Assembly: GCA_002104945.1 (NCBI GenBank) | Contig: MCFH01000023.1 | Location: 248,001 to 312,000, forward strand | DNA length: 64,000 nucleotides | Reading direction: 5' to 3' | DNA from: Piromyces finnis finn | Taxonomy: Eukaryota > Fungi > Neocallimastigomycota | Part shown: piece by piece, positions 50,675-62,900 of the stretch | Layout of the letters: every line of letters starts with the position of its first letter | Numbering within the stretch: position 1 is the stretch's first letter | Notes under the pieces: model-generated | Told to the model about the DNA's origin: nothing | Seen by the model: only the letters and a program-made list of their open reading frames with translations | The model's database searches: none | Translations under genes and position numbers: made by a program

Positions 50675-51892
50675 ATGGATAGCCGATGCTCATTTAAAAT
50701 ATGGCATAAGAAGAAAAAAGAATTCATTAATTGTAAATTTCCAATTTGTAAAAATGCATCAAAATTAAATGTATGCGAAATTCATTTACCACTCAATGAA
50801 ATTGGACCTCATGGTAAAATGGTTCTCTGTCCAGAATGTAACGATAAAATGGGTGAAAACACTTTGAAAAAACATTTAGAAAAATGTCAAAAGTTTGTTC
50901 AAAGAAAGAGAATAAAATTAATATCTGATGATAATATCATAACACCTAGAATATGGCAAAAAAATGATATTAAAATTAATGATATACCAAAAGAAATCAT
51001 TGAAAAACTCAAAAAAACTGTCAATGAGAATTATGAAAAATTTAATATAACTATAGGAAAAAGTTTATTATATACTGAAGAAATAGTAAAAAAAGATTTT
51101 GAAAATGTATATTCAAAGGAACAACTCTCTGGAAAAAATTCAAAAAATATTTTTCAAGAAATTTCAATATTTGAAAATGCAAAAAAATTAAATTTAATTC
51201 TTAATACCAATAAAAATATTATTGTTGAATTAGGATGTGGTGCTGCTGAACTATCAAAAACCTTTCAAATAGGGTGTAAAAATGATTCAAGTCATATTTT
51301 AATTGATAGAATGAAATATGCTTCAAAAAATAAATTTGATGGTCAAATTCAAGAAAAAATAAATGAAAGTAATGAAAAAAATAATGAGACCAATTATTTA
51401 ATGAGAGATGTAATAGATATTAAAAATATGGATATGAAAAATTATATTAATAAAGAAAAAGAAAATAATAATGTAGTCTTTATATCAAAACATTTATGTG
51501 GTAATGCCTTTGAACTATCCATTGAAAAAATCATTTCTTATCATAATTATTTATTAGAAAATAAATTGGAAAAAAATAATAAAGATAGCGTCATTATTGC
51601 TACTTGTTGTCATTATTTACTTAATTCTAATACTTACTGTAATTTCGATTATATAAAAGATATACTAAATATAACAAAAGAAGAATTTGACTATATGATA
51701 AGATTAACAAGTTGGGGAACTCTGAAAGACATGCAATCGGAACATTTTAAATTAGGTAAACAAATAAAATATATTTTAGACAAGGGACGATGTGAATATT
51801 TAAAACAACATGGATTCAAAAACGCAGAAATAGTTGAATATATTGATTCAACTTATACAAAAGAAAATACTTTAGTAATTGCTTATAATTAA
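50675..51892 (+). CDS. TRM13: tRNA:m4X (2'-O-ribose position 4) methyltransferase
   Basis: N-terminal CCCH finger (RCSF..NCKF...CEIH) and CHHC-like finger (CPEC..KHLEKC). SAM motif VELGCG, plus SKHLCG, IATCCHY, LDKGRCEYL and TKENTLVIA, all typical of Trm13. Confidence 0.88.
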   Translation: MDSRCSFKIWHKKKKEFINCKFPICKNASKLNVCEIHLPLNEIGPHGKMVLCPECNDKMGENTLKKHLEKCQKFVQRKRIKLISDDNIITPRIWQKNDIKINDIPKEIIEKLKKTVNENYEKFNITIGKSLLYTEEIVKKDFENVYSKEQLSGKNSKNIFQEISIFENAKKLNLILNTNKNIIVELGCGAAELSKTFQIGCKNDSSHILIDRMKYASKNKFDGQIQEKINESNEKNNETNYLMRDVIDIKNMDMKNYINKEKENNNVVFISKHLCGNAFELSIEKIISYHNYLLENKLEKNNKDSVIIATCCHYLLNSNTYCNFDYIKDILNITKEEFDYMIRLTSWGTLKDMQSEHFKLGKQIKYILDKGRCEYLKQHGFKNAEIVEYIDSTYTKENTLVIAYN

Positions 51893-52483
51893 TTAATATA
51901 AACTATAAACTTAATAATAATAATAATAATAAAATCATTAAATTCTCTAATTTTCTTTTAATCTATTTTCAATGTGTTTTATAATTATTATTATTATTAT
52001 TTTATATATGAATAAACAATTAATCTTTTCCTGATTTTTAATTATTACAAAATTGCATTATACCTCATATTAAAGTTCAATTTCATTACTAATAACATTC
52101 TTTTTTATATTAATTTGGTCCTTAATTTTATAATTTTTCTAATATCCAACCTAATAATTCACTAATAATTATTTAACCTTAGAAATTGAAAAAATCATAA
52201 TTAATTATTTAATAATTGATTATTATTTTATTTTCTTTTTTTAGATTAACTCAAATAGTATTTCTCCAATACTACTCAACGTTTAAAAGTAATAATAAAA
52301 AAAAAAATAAAAAAAAAAAAAAAAAAAAACTTTTTGTGATGTATTTTTTAATCATAAATATTAATATCAATTAAAAGATCTCTATCTAATATATGATATC
52401 AATACTTATTTTCATTATTGTTGATATTATTGATTTTGTCATCGTTATAAATATATAACAATTATAATATTATAATATTATAA

Positions 52484-52514
<31 letters not shown>

Positions 52515-52720
52515 TGTATTTATTATTTACTTCTTTTTTTTTTTTTTTTTAATTTACTTAAATAATATTTATCCATAAAGGGTTTTTGCATTAATTTGTC
52601 TCGATATTTTTTATGTCATTATTATTTTAAATTAATAATTTCAGTTTATATATTTATTTATATTATTTACTTCATTTGAATTTTTCACTTATAATAAATG
52701 ATTGTCGTTTTTTAATTAGA

Positions 52721-53812
52721 TTAATTTTCTTTTTTGTCATTTTTATTTTTTTCCTTTTTACTAACATTCTTTTTGAGGTCACCATAAAAATATTTAAATA
52801 AAGTTCTACCCATTCTGATTGCAACAGCAATTAAAAATGAACTAATAACACCTCTTTGAATAGTTGGATATTCATTTTCCAAACAAAAACCACTAATACA
52901 ATGGCCAGAGTTACATTGGTCACTATTTGAACACTTTATGAAATTGGCTTTTTTACATACTAAATCTTTACTATTGCATTTATATATAGGAGTTTCAGTA
53001 ATGCAGGTGCTATTATAACAACTGCCAAAAAGACAGTCATTATCTTTTTCACATTTTTCAGTTTCACAAGTTGGTGAAAGTAATTTTGCTAAGAAATTAG
53101 TGTGTAATTCTTCTTTGTAACAACTCTTTATGATTGGCTTGTAAGTTTCTGGGTGAACTTCATTGTCTTCAGTACTATCATAAGTTTTCCAAGCATCAGA
53201 TTGTAATGAAACACAATTCTCTTCTTCATTTTCAGGACATAAGAAATAAAAGTCACAAACACCATCAATGCAAGAATTGCTTAAACAATCATCATCAGTT
53301 TCACACTTCACAGCGTTACTATTGATAAAATATTTAGAATTTTATATTATATATATTATATATTTTTAAAGGAAAATATGGTTAATACGTCCGTTTTTCA
53401 TTATTATATAAATATATGTATAATATATAGTAATTATATTAAACAAAATGACAAAATAAAACAATTTTTATTATTTTAGAAATAAACCATGTTAATATTG
53501 TACTTTATTATAGAATTATACTAAAAATTTAAGAAATGTAGTAATATTTAAAATTTAAATTTTTTAATTTGAATTTCCAAATTCCATTTCGTTTCTTTCA
53601 TTGACTATATTATTTTTTTTCTAATTTTAAAAAATGAAAATTATTCATATGTGTAATAGTAATAATAATAATAACAATAATTACATTTCTGAGGATTCAT
53701 TGAAATCATTGATAGTATAGGAAGATTTCTGATGTGAAATTTTAATTTCATCCCCTTTAATTCCAATAGTACATAATAATACTATTAATGAAGTAAATAA
53801 AAAACTTTTCAT
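52721..53812 (-). CDS. Cys-rich single-pass membrane protein with three CxxxxDCxxxxCxxxxC modules (Dickkopf-N-like); 5' exon structure uncertain
   Basis: Modules CETDDDCLSNSCIDGVC, CEKDNDCLFGSCYNSTC and CSNSDQCNSGHCISGFC, then a hydrophobic GVISSFLIAVAI and a basic tail. A signal-peptide exon MKSFLFTSLIVLLCTIGIKG starts at 53812 and could splice in phase 2 to the AG at about 53320. Confidence 0.6.
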
Positions 53813-54379
53813 TTTTCCAATATTTGATATTTATTAATAGAATATAATGTTTTCTTTTGTTTTTTAATTTTATTTTATTAGTTTATTTTATTATTTTTTT
53901 TTTTAAGTAAAACATTTAATATCTTTTAATTTTTAAATTTTTTTTATATTAATCTTTTTTTTTTTTTAATTTTAAAATTTCATTAATATTTATTTTAATT
54001 TATTATATATCATATATAAATTTATTTATTATATTATAAACATAATATATGAAATTTTTTTAAAATTTAAATTAAATTTTTTATAATTAGTGTAACTTTT
54101 TCTAAAACTTGAAAAATGTATAGCCATATTTATTTAATTCATTCATTTATATTTAAACAAATAATTTAAAAGAATTTATTTACATTAATATTTAAATATT
54201 TATTTATTTATTTATTATAATATGGCTATATAATTGATTTACATACCTTTTATATAAAACTTTAATCAAATACTAAACTTTATCCATTAATACCGACGGA
54301 CACTCTAATGATAGATCGAATAAATATTATTAATTCTTATATTACGACAATATGTATAAACTCATATTACATCCTCAAA

Positions 54380-54540
<161 letters not shown>

Positions 54541-54542
<2 letters not shown>

Positions 54543-55837
54543 ATGATAGGACGGTTGGAATTACGTTGACTGAAAAAATTTAATAGTTGGACTGTGTAAT
54601 TATAATGTTTAATATGGATATCTCTAAAAGTTGGAAAATCTAATAACCTGTTTAATACTTTGATCACCACTCTTACAACATGGACAGTAGTTAGGTCAAA
54701 CTGGATCAACAAATTTAGCAGACTTTTGTAACTCTAGCATCCAACTTGTATCCGCTTCTTGCTTTCAATAGCCAGTAGAAGCCATAGGCAAACTCTGGGT
54801 ATTCATAACATAATTTAATAAAATCTTTAGTTTCAATAAATTTATTATCCCTTTGAGATCTTTCCAATAAAAGGTTTTAACTGCTTTAACATCTCCATGT
54901 TTCTTTAGTTTTTTATCAAGTGTCCTACTTGATTTGCACCACGTGTATTTTCTAAATTTAGGAATGTAATTGACAAGGTGTGAGATAATACAATTTGAGT
55001 TTTTCCATTTGTTAAAACATCTAACCTGAGCTAACGCACATTTGGCTGACAATGGAGGAATATTCAAATCTTTTGAGATAGAGTATAAAGATATAAACGA
55101 TACAGCTTTATGAACTCCTGCAACCCATCGTATTCCTTTGTTAACAAGCTTCTGAGCAATCCTAGATCTAGCTTCGTTGGATCCAAGTAATGGTGTAAAG
55201 TATGAAACTCTGCTGATCATTTGGGAGTTAAGTACTAGCGTTTTTAAAGGAATAGGAATATTAGGATTTCTTAAAAATTTGCTGACTGAAAAAAGTCCTT
55301 TCAAAACCTTGTTATTAAGAGCTTTAATTTTTTTTTTTTTTTTTTTTTTTTAACGGCATCAAATATTTTAAACTTTATTATTAATTTAATTAAAATTATA
55401 ATACATGTAATAAAAAAATTAAAAATAAAAATAAAAATAAAAAAAAAAATATGTTTAAATAAACACAAATGAATAAAAATTGGGTATAATGTATTCTAGT
55501 AATTTTAATTAAAGTAAGAAAGCCACTATCATACTAAAGTATAATAATTGTATTTGACTTCCAATGGGACACCGAGCCAAAGATCAAAATTTTGTCATGG
55601 AACAAAATTATGATCTCCATTGGTTGCGCTGGCCCTCCTGGCCTGTCTTACTGTTTCTTCAGCATTGACGCTCTTGGATGTTGCTTCAAACCTTTTGAAC
55701 ATTGACCATTGCTGGCCAATAGCAAAAGGCATGATTTTGGTTAGAAGTTCCGCGGTTACCGTCAAGAATGGTGTTCCTTCGTTAGTAAGAGCTTTAATCA
55801 CTGGTTTAAGGGACAAATTCTTATCAAATGGAACACC
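54541..55837 (-). mobile_element. Older degenerate fragment of the same LINE family (54541-55328 and 55786-55837), split by a younger insertion
   Basis: Colinear with about 60690-61541 of the full element. It has a 28-bp frameshifting deletion near 54850 and substitutions that destroy the C-terminal Cys cluster. Confidence 0.9.
55329..55785 (-). mobile_element. 5'-truncated LINE copy (poly-A tail + 3'UTR + end of ORF2) with a 13-bp target-site duplication
   Basis: Poly-T at about 55329-55351, then sequence nearly identical to 59916-60345. Flanked by taagagctttaat at 55316-55328 and 55786-55798. Confidence 0.92.
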
Positions 55838-56308
55838 ACGTTCCCAAGGGGATAGCATTGCATTGACTGTTATTACTCGAAATTTTATAATCAATAATCA
55901 CTATTAGCCAATTACATAAGAAATTATTAAATTAATCAAAACACGACAACAATATCCTTATTAACAATATCATTATTCATATTTATTTTATAATTAAATA
56001 TATAATACATTATATATTATAAATTTTACATATTTTTTACTTTTTTTATTTTTCTTTTAATTGATAATATTTTAAAATTTATTATAAAACTTTATACATT
56101 ATATTTTTATAAAATATTATTAATGTAGAATGTAGTAATGAGATAAGAACTTCACTACTACAATAATTTACACAATAATTATTATTTTTATAATAATTAA
56201 TAAAAAGTAATATTTATATTATATATATTATTTTTAAAACATTATAAACAATTGATATTATAATATTTTAGATTATTTTTAAATTGTTTTTTTTTATGCT
56301 TGTATTAT

Positions 56309-57636
56309 TTATTCATGGAAGAAGTATGGAAGGGCATCGTAAACGTAGTGTTTGACATATCCCCACCAGTGAGTCTTACCATTGGCAACAAGGTAATAGA
56401 AGTTACCCTTTGAGAAATCTGAAGTGTAAACAAATTGTGGCATCTTCTTCATTTCATCAATTTGTGGGTTCATGTTTGGATAGGCAATATCTTCTGAACC
56501 AGTGGCACAGAAAATGAAGTATTGATTCTTACTTAAACCTGACTTGTCAATAGCATCAGCAACTGACTTGGCCTTACCATAACCACCGTTTCCAACCCAA
56601 TTATCACCACTAAGTGGCATGTAGTAAGCAACAATATCTAATGAATTAATAAGGACAGCCCAAGTTGAAACTGAACCCATAGAGAAACCACCATAAGCTC
56701 TGTGCATTCTAGAAGCCTTAATATCAGCTGGAGAAGTAGACTTAGCATAAGTAGAGTATTTACCTTCAACAAATGGAATAACACTTTCACGGAATTCTCT
56801 GTAGAAAGTACCAGCTTCACATCTGTTGAAAGTTGGAGTAACAACAATAAGTGGTTCAAGTTCACCCTTCATAATCATATGATCAAGAATGTTGTTAAGT
56901 TTAACATCATTACCGAAAATAGTACCTTCATTTTCACCACCACCATGCATAAGGTAGAAAATGTTGTATTGCTTGTTTTTATCATAACCATATGGTAAGT
57001 AAACATTTAAAGTATTACCACCATTAATACCATTGTAGGATTCCTTAACAATTTTACCAGCTTGTTGACATGGATTTTGATAATCATATGGAGCTTCTTT
57101 AAATTGAAGAGCTGGGTTATAATTAAAAGCAGGCTTGGCAGGTTCTGTATTTAAAAAATTTTTGAATTAGCGATTTATATTAATATATATAAAAAAATAT
57201 TTTAAAATTTGTAATATAAATAAGTCATTGCTTACCATTATTGTCACTTCCACCAAAGCATGAATTCTTAATACCACACCAATAGTTGTTTTCAATACCC
57301 CATTTACCTTCAGCAGTTTCTTCAACAACATTACAACCATCACAACATAAGTATTCTGGGAAGGAGAAACACTTATTTAAGGCACTAGTATTACTACATT
57401 TAGATGGGATAACTAAATTAAAATAAATATTTATTAAAATGTTAATAATTATTACAACCTTTAGATTTCATTATAATTTATATAGATTTTTTTCTATACG
57501 TACTACACCAATCGTTATTTTCAACACCCCATTTAACTCCGTCTTCTTCTAAAACAACACCACAAGCATTACAGTAGTCATAAGCCTTAACAGCACTAAT
57601 ACCAGCTAATAATAATAATGAAGCAATGTATTTCAT
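56309..57636 (-). CDS. Dockerin-bearing CE1 feruloyl-esterase-type enzyme (exons 57636-57504, 57412-57236, 57144-56309)
   Basis: Signal peptide MKYIASLLLLAGISAVKA, dockerins ..KWGVENNDWC and CFSFPEYLCCDGC..KWGIENNYWCGI. Esterase motifs LMHGGGENE, GGFSMG (nucleophile), TGSEDIAY (Asp) and THWWGY (His). Confidence 0.9.
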
Positions 57637-59880
57637 TTTTTTTTTTAATTAATAACTATATATTTAGTTAATAAATTTTATTTTATTTAATTTTTTTTTT
57701 TTTTTTTTTTTTTTGATTCGGAATTTGTTATTGAATACAGAATAAAAACCACAATAAAATTTAGGAAAAATTTTAAGTTTATATAGGAATAATATTTTTT
57801 ATTTTCCTATTTTTTTATAATGTTAATTTATTTTACTTCTGGATGTGAATTAAATTATAAATTTAATAATTAAATAAATTAAAAAATATATATATTAATC
57901 ATAACTAGAATAAAAATGAAAGCATAAAAATTAATAATATCTTTATTTAATAATTATTCATTTGCAAATCTGTAAACTTTTATTTTATATTTAATTTAAA
58001 TTATAGATGAAAAGATAAATTAATATTTTTTGTCTTTATCCTTTACTTAAAATGCTAAGTCTATAAAAACAAGAATTATGAGAAACTTTTTAATTTTAAT
58101 TTTAAACAGTCTCCATTTTTTTATCTTTTTTTTTTTTTTTTGAGTTATAAGTATTTTAAAGTGATGGTATAATCTCAATTTTAAATATTAATTATTTTTA
58201 TTTCCATTCTTTAAAGTCTTCATTAATGGAAATACTATGATTAAATTTTTATAAGAAATAAAATTTATTAAATATAAGGTTTTTTAATATAAATTATTTA
58301 TAACTTTAATTTTACATCATAAAAAAATTAAATATTTTTATTTATAATAAAATGAAAATTCCATTGTTAATTATTTGCTAAAGGTATAGTACAGTATTTT
58401 TTTTCCCTTTTACCATATATTAAAAGAATCTTTATTAATTTTTAATCAACTATTTGGAATAAAATTATAGTTAAAAAACTTTTTTCGTTTTTTTTGTTAT
58501 AAATTATTTTTATACTATTAATTAACAGATCTATTTAGTCATTAGATTATAATTTAAGTTATTAAATATTTTATACCTGTGCGTGCTGTAATATTTAATA
58601 TTATTCTAAGTAAATAAGGTTTGTCATTTTGTCACTATAAGTTAGTTTATTAAAAGATGTTTTATTTTTAATAATTAATATTATAGAAGAAATACGCAAT
58701 ACTTTCAACCACCATTTCTCTTTTTCTTTTTAAGTAAAAAAAAAAACTTTAAATTATTATGATCATTGTATGATTGCATGCTTTTTTATATAAACTGTAT
58801 ATTATATTTTGTTTTATAATATTTAAAGTTTATTAATATATTAAAATTATTAATATATGATAGCTATGAAAATTTAAAATACAAAAAAAAATTTCTTTCT
58901 TATATACAATTTGTGGCTTGATTCTAGACCACTAAATATTGAATACAAATACATTAAATTAATACAAATACATAAATTGATGGGTTTGTAGAACAATGTA
59001 ATAAATTAATAATATAAATTTAATTTAATTCTTTTGGTTGTTAATATTTTATATTTTAAATTAAATTAACCATAATTTTTTAAAAAAAAATGTGTGTAAA
59101 AAAGATCTGCATTTATCGATTTTAGATTTAATATAAATTTAGTTTTGTATAGATAATTAAATTAAAACTTTTATTCTATTAATTAAAAGATATAACAAGA
59201 TATTGTATTTATAATATACTTAATATTATAATATATAATTTATAAATATAATATAAATATTAAATAATATTATAAATAAATTTTCAAGGAAATATTCAAA
59301 TTTTAATATACAAAAAAAAATAAAAACTCTTTGTAAACTTATTTTTAAATAATAATATTAATATATATATTTCATATTTAATTAAAATAGAGTTTTAATT
59401 ATTTATTACTATTATTATATTATTTTATAATATAATGTAATAAAAGCATACAATCTTTAGTCAACAAATCTTTTAACATTATTGTATTTTAAATGGATTT
59501 TTTTTGAAAAATATTTCCTAAAAATAAAGTCTATAATTAATTTTATTCAAAATTCTCTTGATAAAATCTTTAAATAAATTATAAAAGTAATAGTATAATC
59601 AAAATTAATCATAACAAAAGTAATAATAAATACTATAAAAAAAAAAAAAAAGGAATGAAAATATATGTATTGTATATATTATATTAATATCATTTAAAGA
59701 TCATTCTTAAAATTATAATAAAAGCCTGACATACTATTTAGCATTAATGCTTTTGATTACTGTTTTAAACTTTTTGAGCATTCACCATTGTTGGCAAATA
59801 ACATAAGGCATTATTATGGTTATAACTTCTGCATTTATCATCAAAATCCTTTAAAAAAACACTATTTAATTTAACAATTA

Positions 59881-59884
<4 letters not shown>

Positions 59885-59918
<34 letters not shown>

Positions 59919-62900
59919 GGCATCAAATATTTTAAACTTTATTATTAATTTAATTAAAATTATAATACATGAAATATAAAAATTAAAATAAAATAAAAAT
60001 AAAAAAAATATGTTTAAATAAACACAAATGAATAAAAATTGGGTATAATGTATTCTAGTAATTTTAATTAAAGTAAGAAAGCCACTATCATACTAAAGTA
60101 TAATAATTGTATTTGACTTCCAATGGGACACCGAGCCAAAGATCAAAATTTTATCATGGGACAAAATTATGATCTCTATTGGTTGCGCTGGCCCTCCTGG
60201 CCTGTCTTACTGTTTCTTCAGCATTGACGCTCTTGGATGTTGCTTCAAACCTTTTGAACATTGACCATTGCTGGCCAATAGCAAAAGGCATGATTTTGGT
60301 TAGAAGTTCCGCGGTTACCGTCAAGAATGGTGTTCCTTCATTAGTACCAGATTGAATCTGACGCTTACAAAGTTCTTTCCATTCCCTTGAATTGTAATTA
60401 ATATTGTTAAAACTTCTTCCCCCAAGAAGGAATTTAAATATTTTACTGCACACACTAGAATAATCATACACATTAATATTCACCGGATTATTAGAACTAT
60501 TACTATCATTAACTAAATTACTATCTAAATTAGAATTATTATCTTCACTATTGCTATCATTACTAATATTATTATTTCTATTATTGTTATTATTACTATT
60601 GTTACTATTACTATTGTTATTACTACTATTGTTACTATTACTATTAATATTATTACTATCTCTACTGATATTATCAATTTCATTATTATTGATAGGACTA
60701 TTGGAATTACGTTGGCTGAAAAAATTTAATAGCTGGACTATGGAATCATAATGTTTAATACGGATATCTCTAAATGTTGGACAATCTAATAACCAATGTT
60801 TAATACTTTGATCTCCACACTTGCAACATGGACAGTAGTTAGGACAAACTGGATCAACAAATTTGGCAGCTTTGGCAACTCTAGCATCCAACTTGTATCC
60901 GCTTCTTGCTTTCAATAGCCAGTAGAAGCCATAGGCAAACTCTGGGTATTCATAACATAATTTAATAAAATCTTTAGTTTCAATAAATTTATTATCATCA
61001 TAATATTGCGCTTTGATTGAATTCCCTTTGAGATCTTTCCAATAAAAGTTTTTAACTGCTTTAACATCTCCATGTTTCTTTAGTTTTTTATCAAGTGTCC
61101 TACTTGATTTGCACCACGTGTATTTTCTAAATTTAGGAATGTAATTGACAAGGTGTGAGATAATACAATTTGAGTTTTTCCATTTGTTAAAACATCTAAC
61201 CTGAGCTAATGCACATTTGGCTGACAATGGAGGAATATTCAAATCTTTTGAAATAGAGTATAAAGAAATAAACGATACAGCTTTATGAACTCCGGCAACC
61301 CATCGTATTCCTTTGTTAACATGCTTCTGTGCAATACTAGACCTGGCTTTGTTGGATCCAAGTAATGGTGCAAAGTATGAAACTCTGCTAATCACTTGTG
61401 AGTTAAGTACTAGCTTTTTGAAGGGAATAGGAATATTAGGATTTCTTAAGAATTTACTGACTGAAAAAAGCCCTTTCAAAACCTTGTTATTAAGAGCTTT
61501 AATAACTGGTTTAAGGGACAGATTCTTATCAAATGGAACACCTAGATAAGTATAACAATCAGTAGTTGGAATGGGTTGTCCTGCTAAGTAAAATGTTGGA
61601 TCTCTCTTGTTCTGATTTTCTATTGATTCAGGACGAATCACCATCGTTGAACACTTCTGGATACCAAATTCCATTTCATTATACAAGGCCCATTCATTAA
61701 CTCTTCTAAGCATCTTTTTTAAGCATCCTCTTGTTGGAGCACAAATAACTATATCATCTGCAAAAAGTCCACCACAGCATCGAGTGTCACCTAAACTGAC
61801 TCCGAGATCTTCACACTCTTTAAATATATCATTAATAAAGAGATTAAAGAGAATAGGAGAAAGAGGGCAACCTTGACGGACTCCTTTCTTCACATCAAAA
61901 GATTTCGAGAATTGTCCATCTAATTTGACATTAGCCTTAGATGTTAAATATAAATTTTTGATGAATTGTAAACTCTTACCTCGGATTCCTAAACAATCTA
62001 ATTTATGGAGAATATTACCGATTGGGACTGAATCGTATGCTTTCCTGAGATCTAAAAAGGCCAAATATGTCTCTTTATTATCTAATTGACGTCTACGGCA
62101 TATTTCTTGGATTGAAATGAAAAGACTGATACTTTCTTCCTTTTTTCGAAAACCAAATTGTTCAGGTCTAATGAAATTATTCTTTAGACCATATTCTGAG
62201 ATTCTAGTGGTGACAATTTTGGAAATCAACTTAATACCATTATTGATAAGTGATATACCTCAATAGTTATCACAATCTGTCAAATCTCCCTTCTTAGGAA
62301 TAGAAACAATACTGGATTCATTCCATGAGTTGGGGAAGTCTCCATCCCAAATACGGTTGAATAATTTAAGAATAAAATTTAAACCATAAGCATCATTATC
62401 TGAAGTGGTATTACCGGAAGAATTATTATTTGTAGCATTATTAGAATCATTACTTGATGGAATTAATGTTTTGTAAAATTCAATTGGAATACCATCCGGA
62501 CCTGATGCTTTATAATTTGGAGTAGTGAGGATAGCTGACTTGACTTCATCAATACTAATATCTTGGTTGATATCCCACTCATCAAGCATAGGAAGTGAAA
62601 AACGTTTATTCGTTGGTTCTTCATACCAATGCTCCAAATCAAGACTTACACCACTTGGATCTGATGCAAGCTTTTCGAAATGATCATGCCACACATCTAG
62701 TTGTTCTTCCGTAGCAACAACTAATTCTCCATTTTTATTTTTAATTGGTTGAGCAATAAAGAAAGGATCTTTTCCAATTTTTGCAGTTTTCTTGATCCAT
62801 TTCCAGGCCTTCTTAGGATTATGACTCTTCATATACTCACATCCTGTTTTAATCCAATGAAGATATTCTTGCTTCCTAAATTCATTACATCTTTTGTGGA

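Noticed and set aside
55595-55907. 99-aa and 95-aa ORFs
   Set aside because: Artefacts of the junction between the nested LINE insert and the host LINE fragment.
59720-59870. Short Cys-containing reading next to the LINE poly-A tail (KDFDDKCRSYNHNNALCYLP)
   Set aside because: Could be a gene remnant disrupted by the insertion, but it is too short and has no motif; the other flank lies outside the window.
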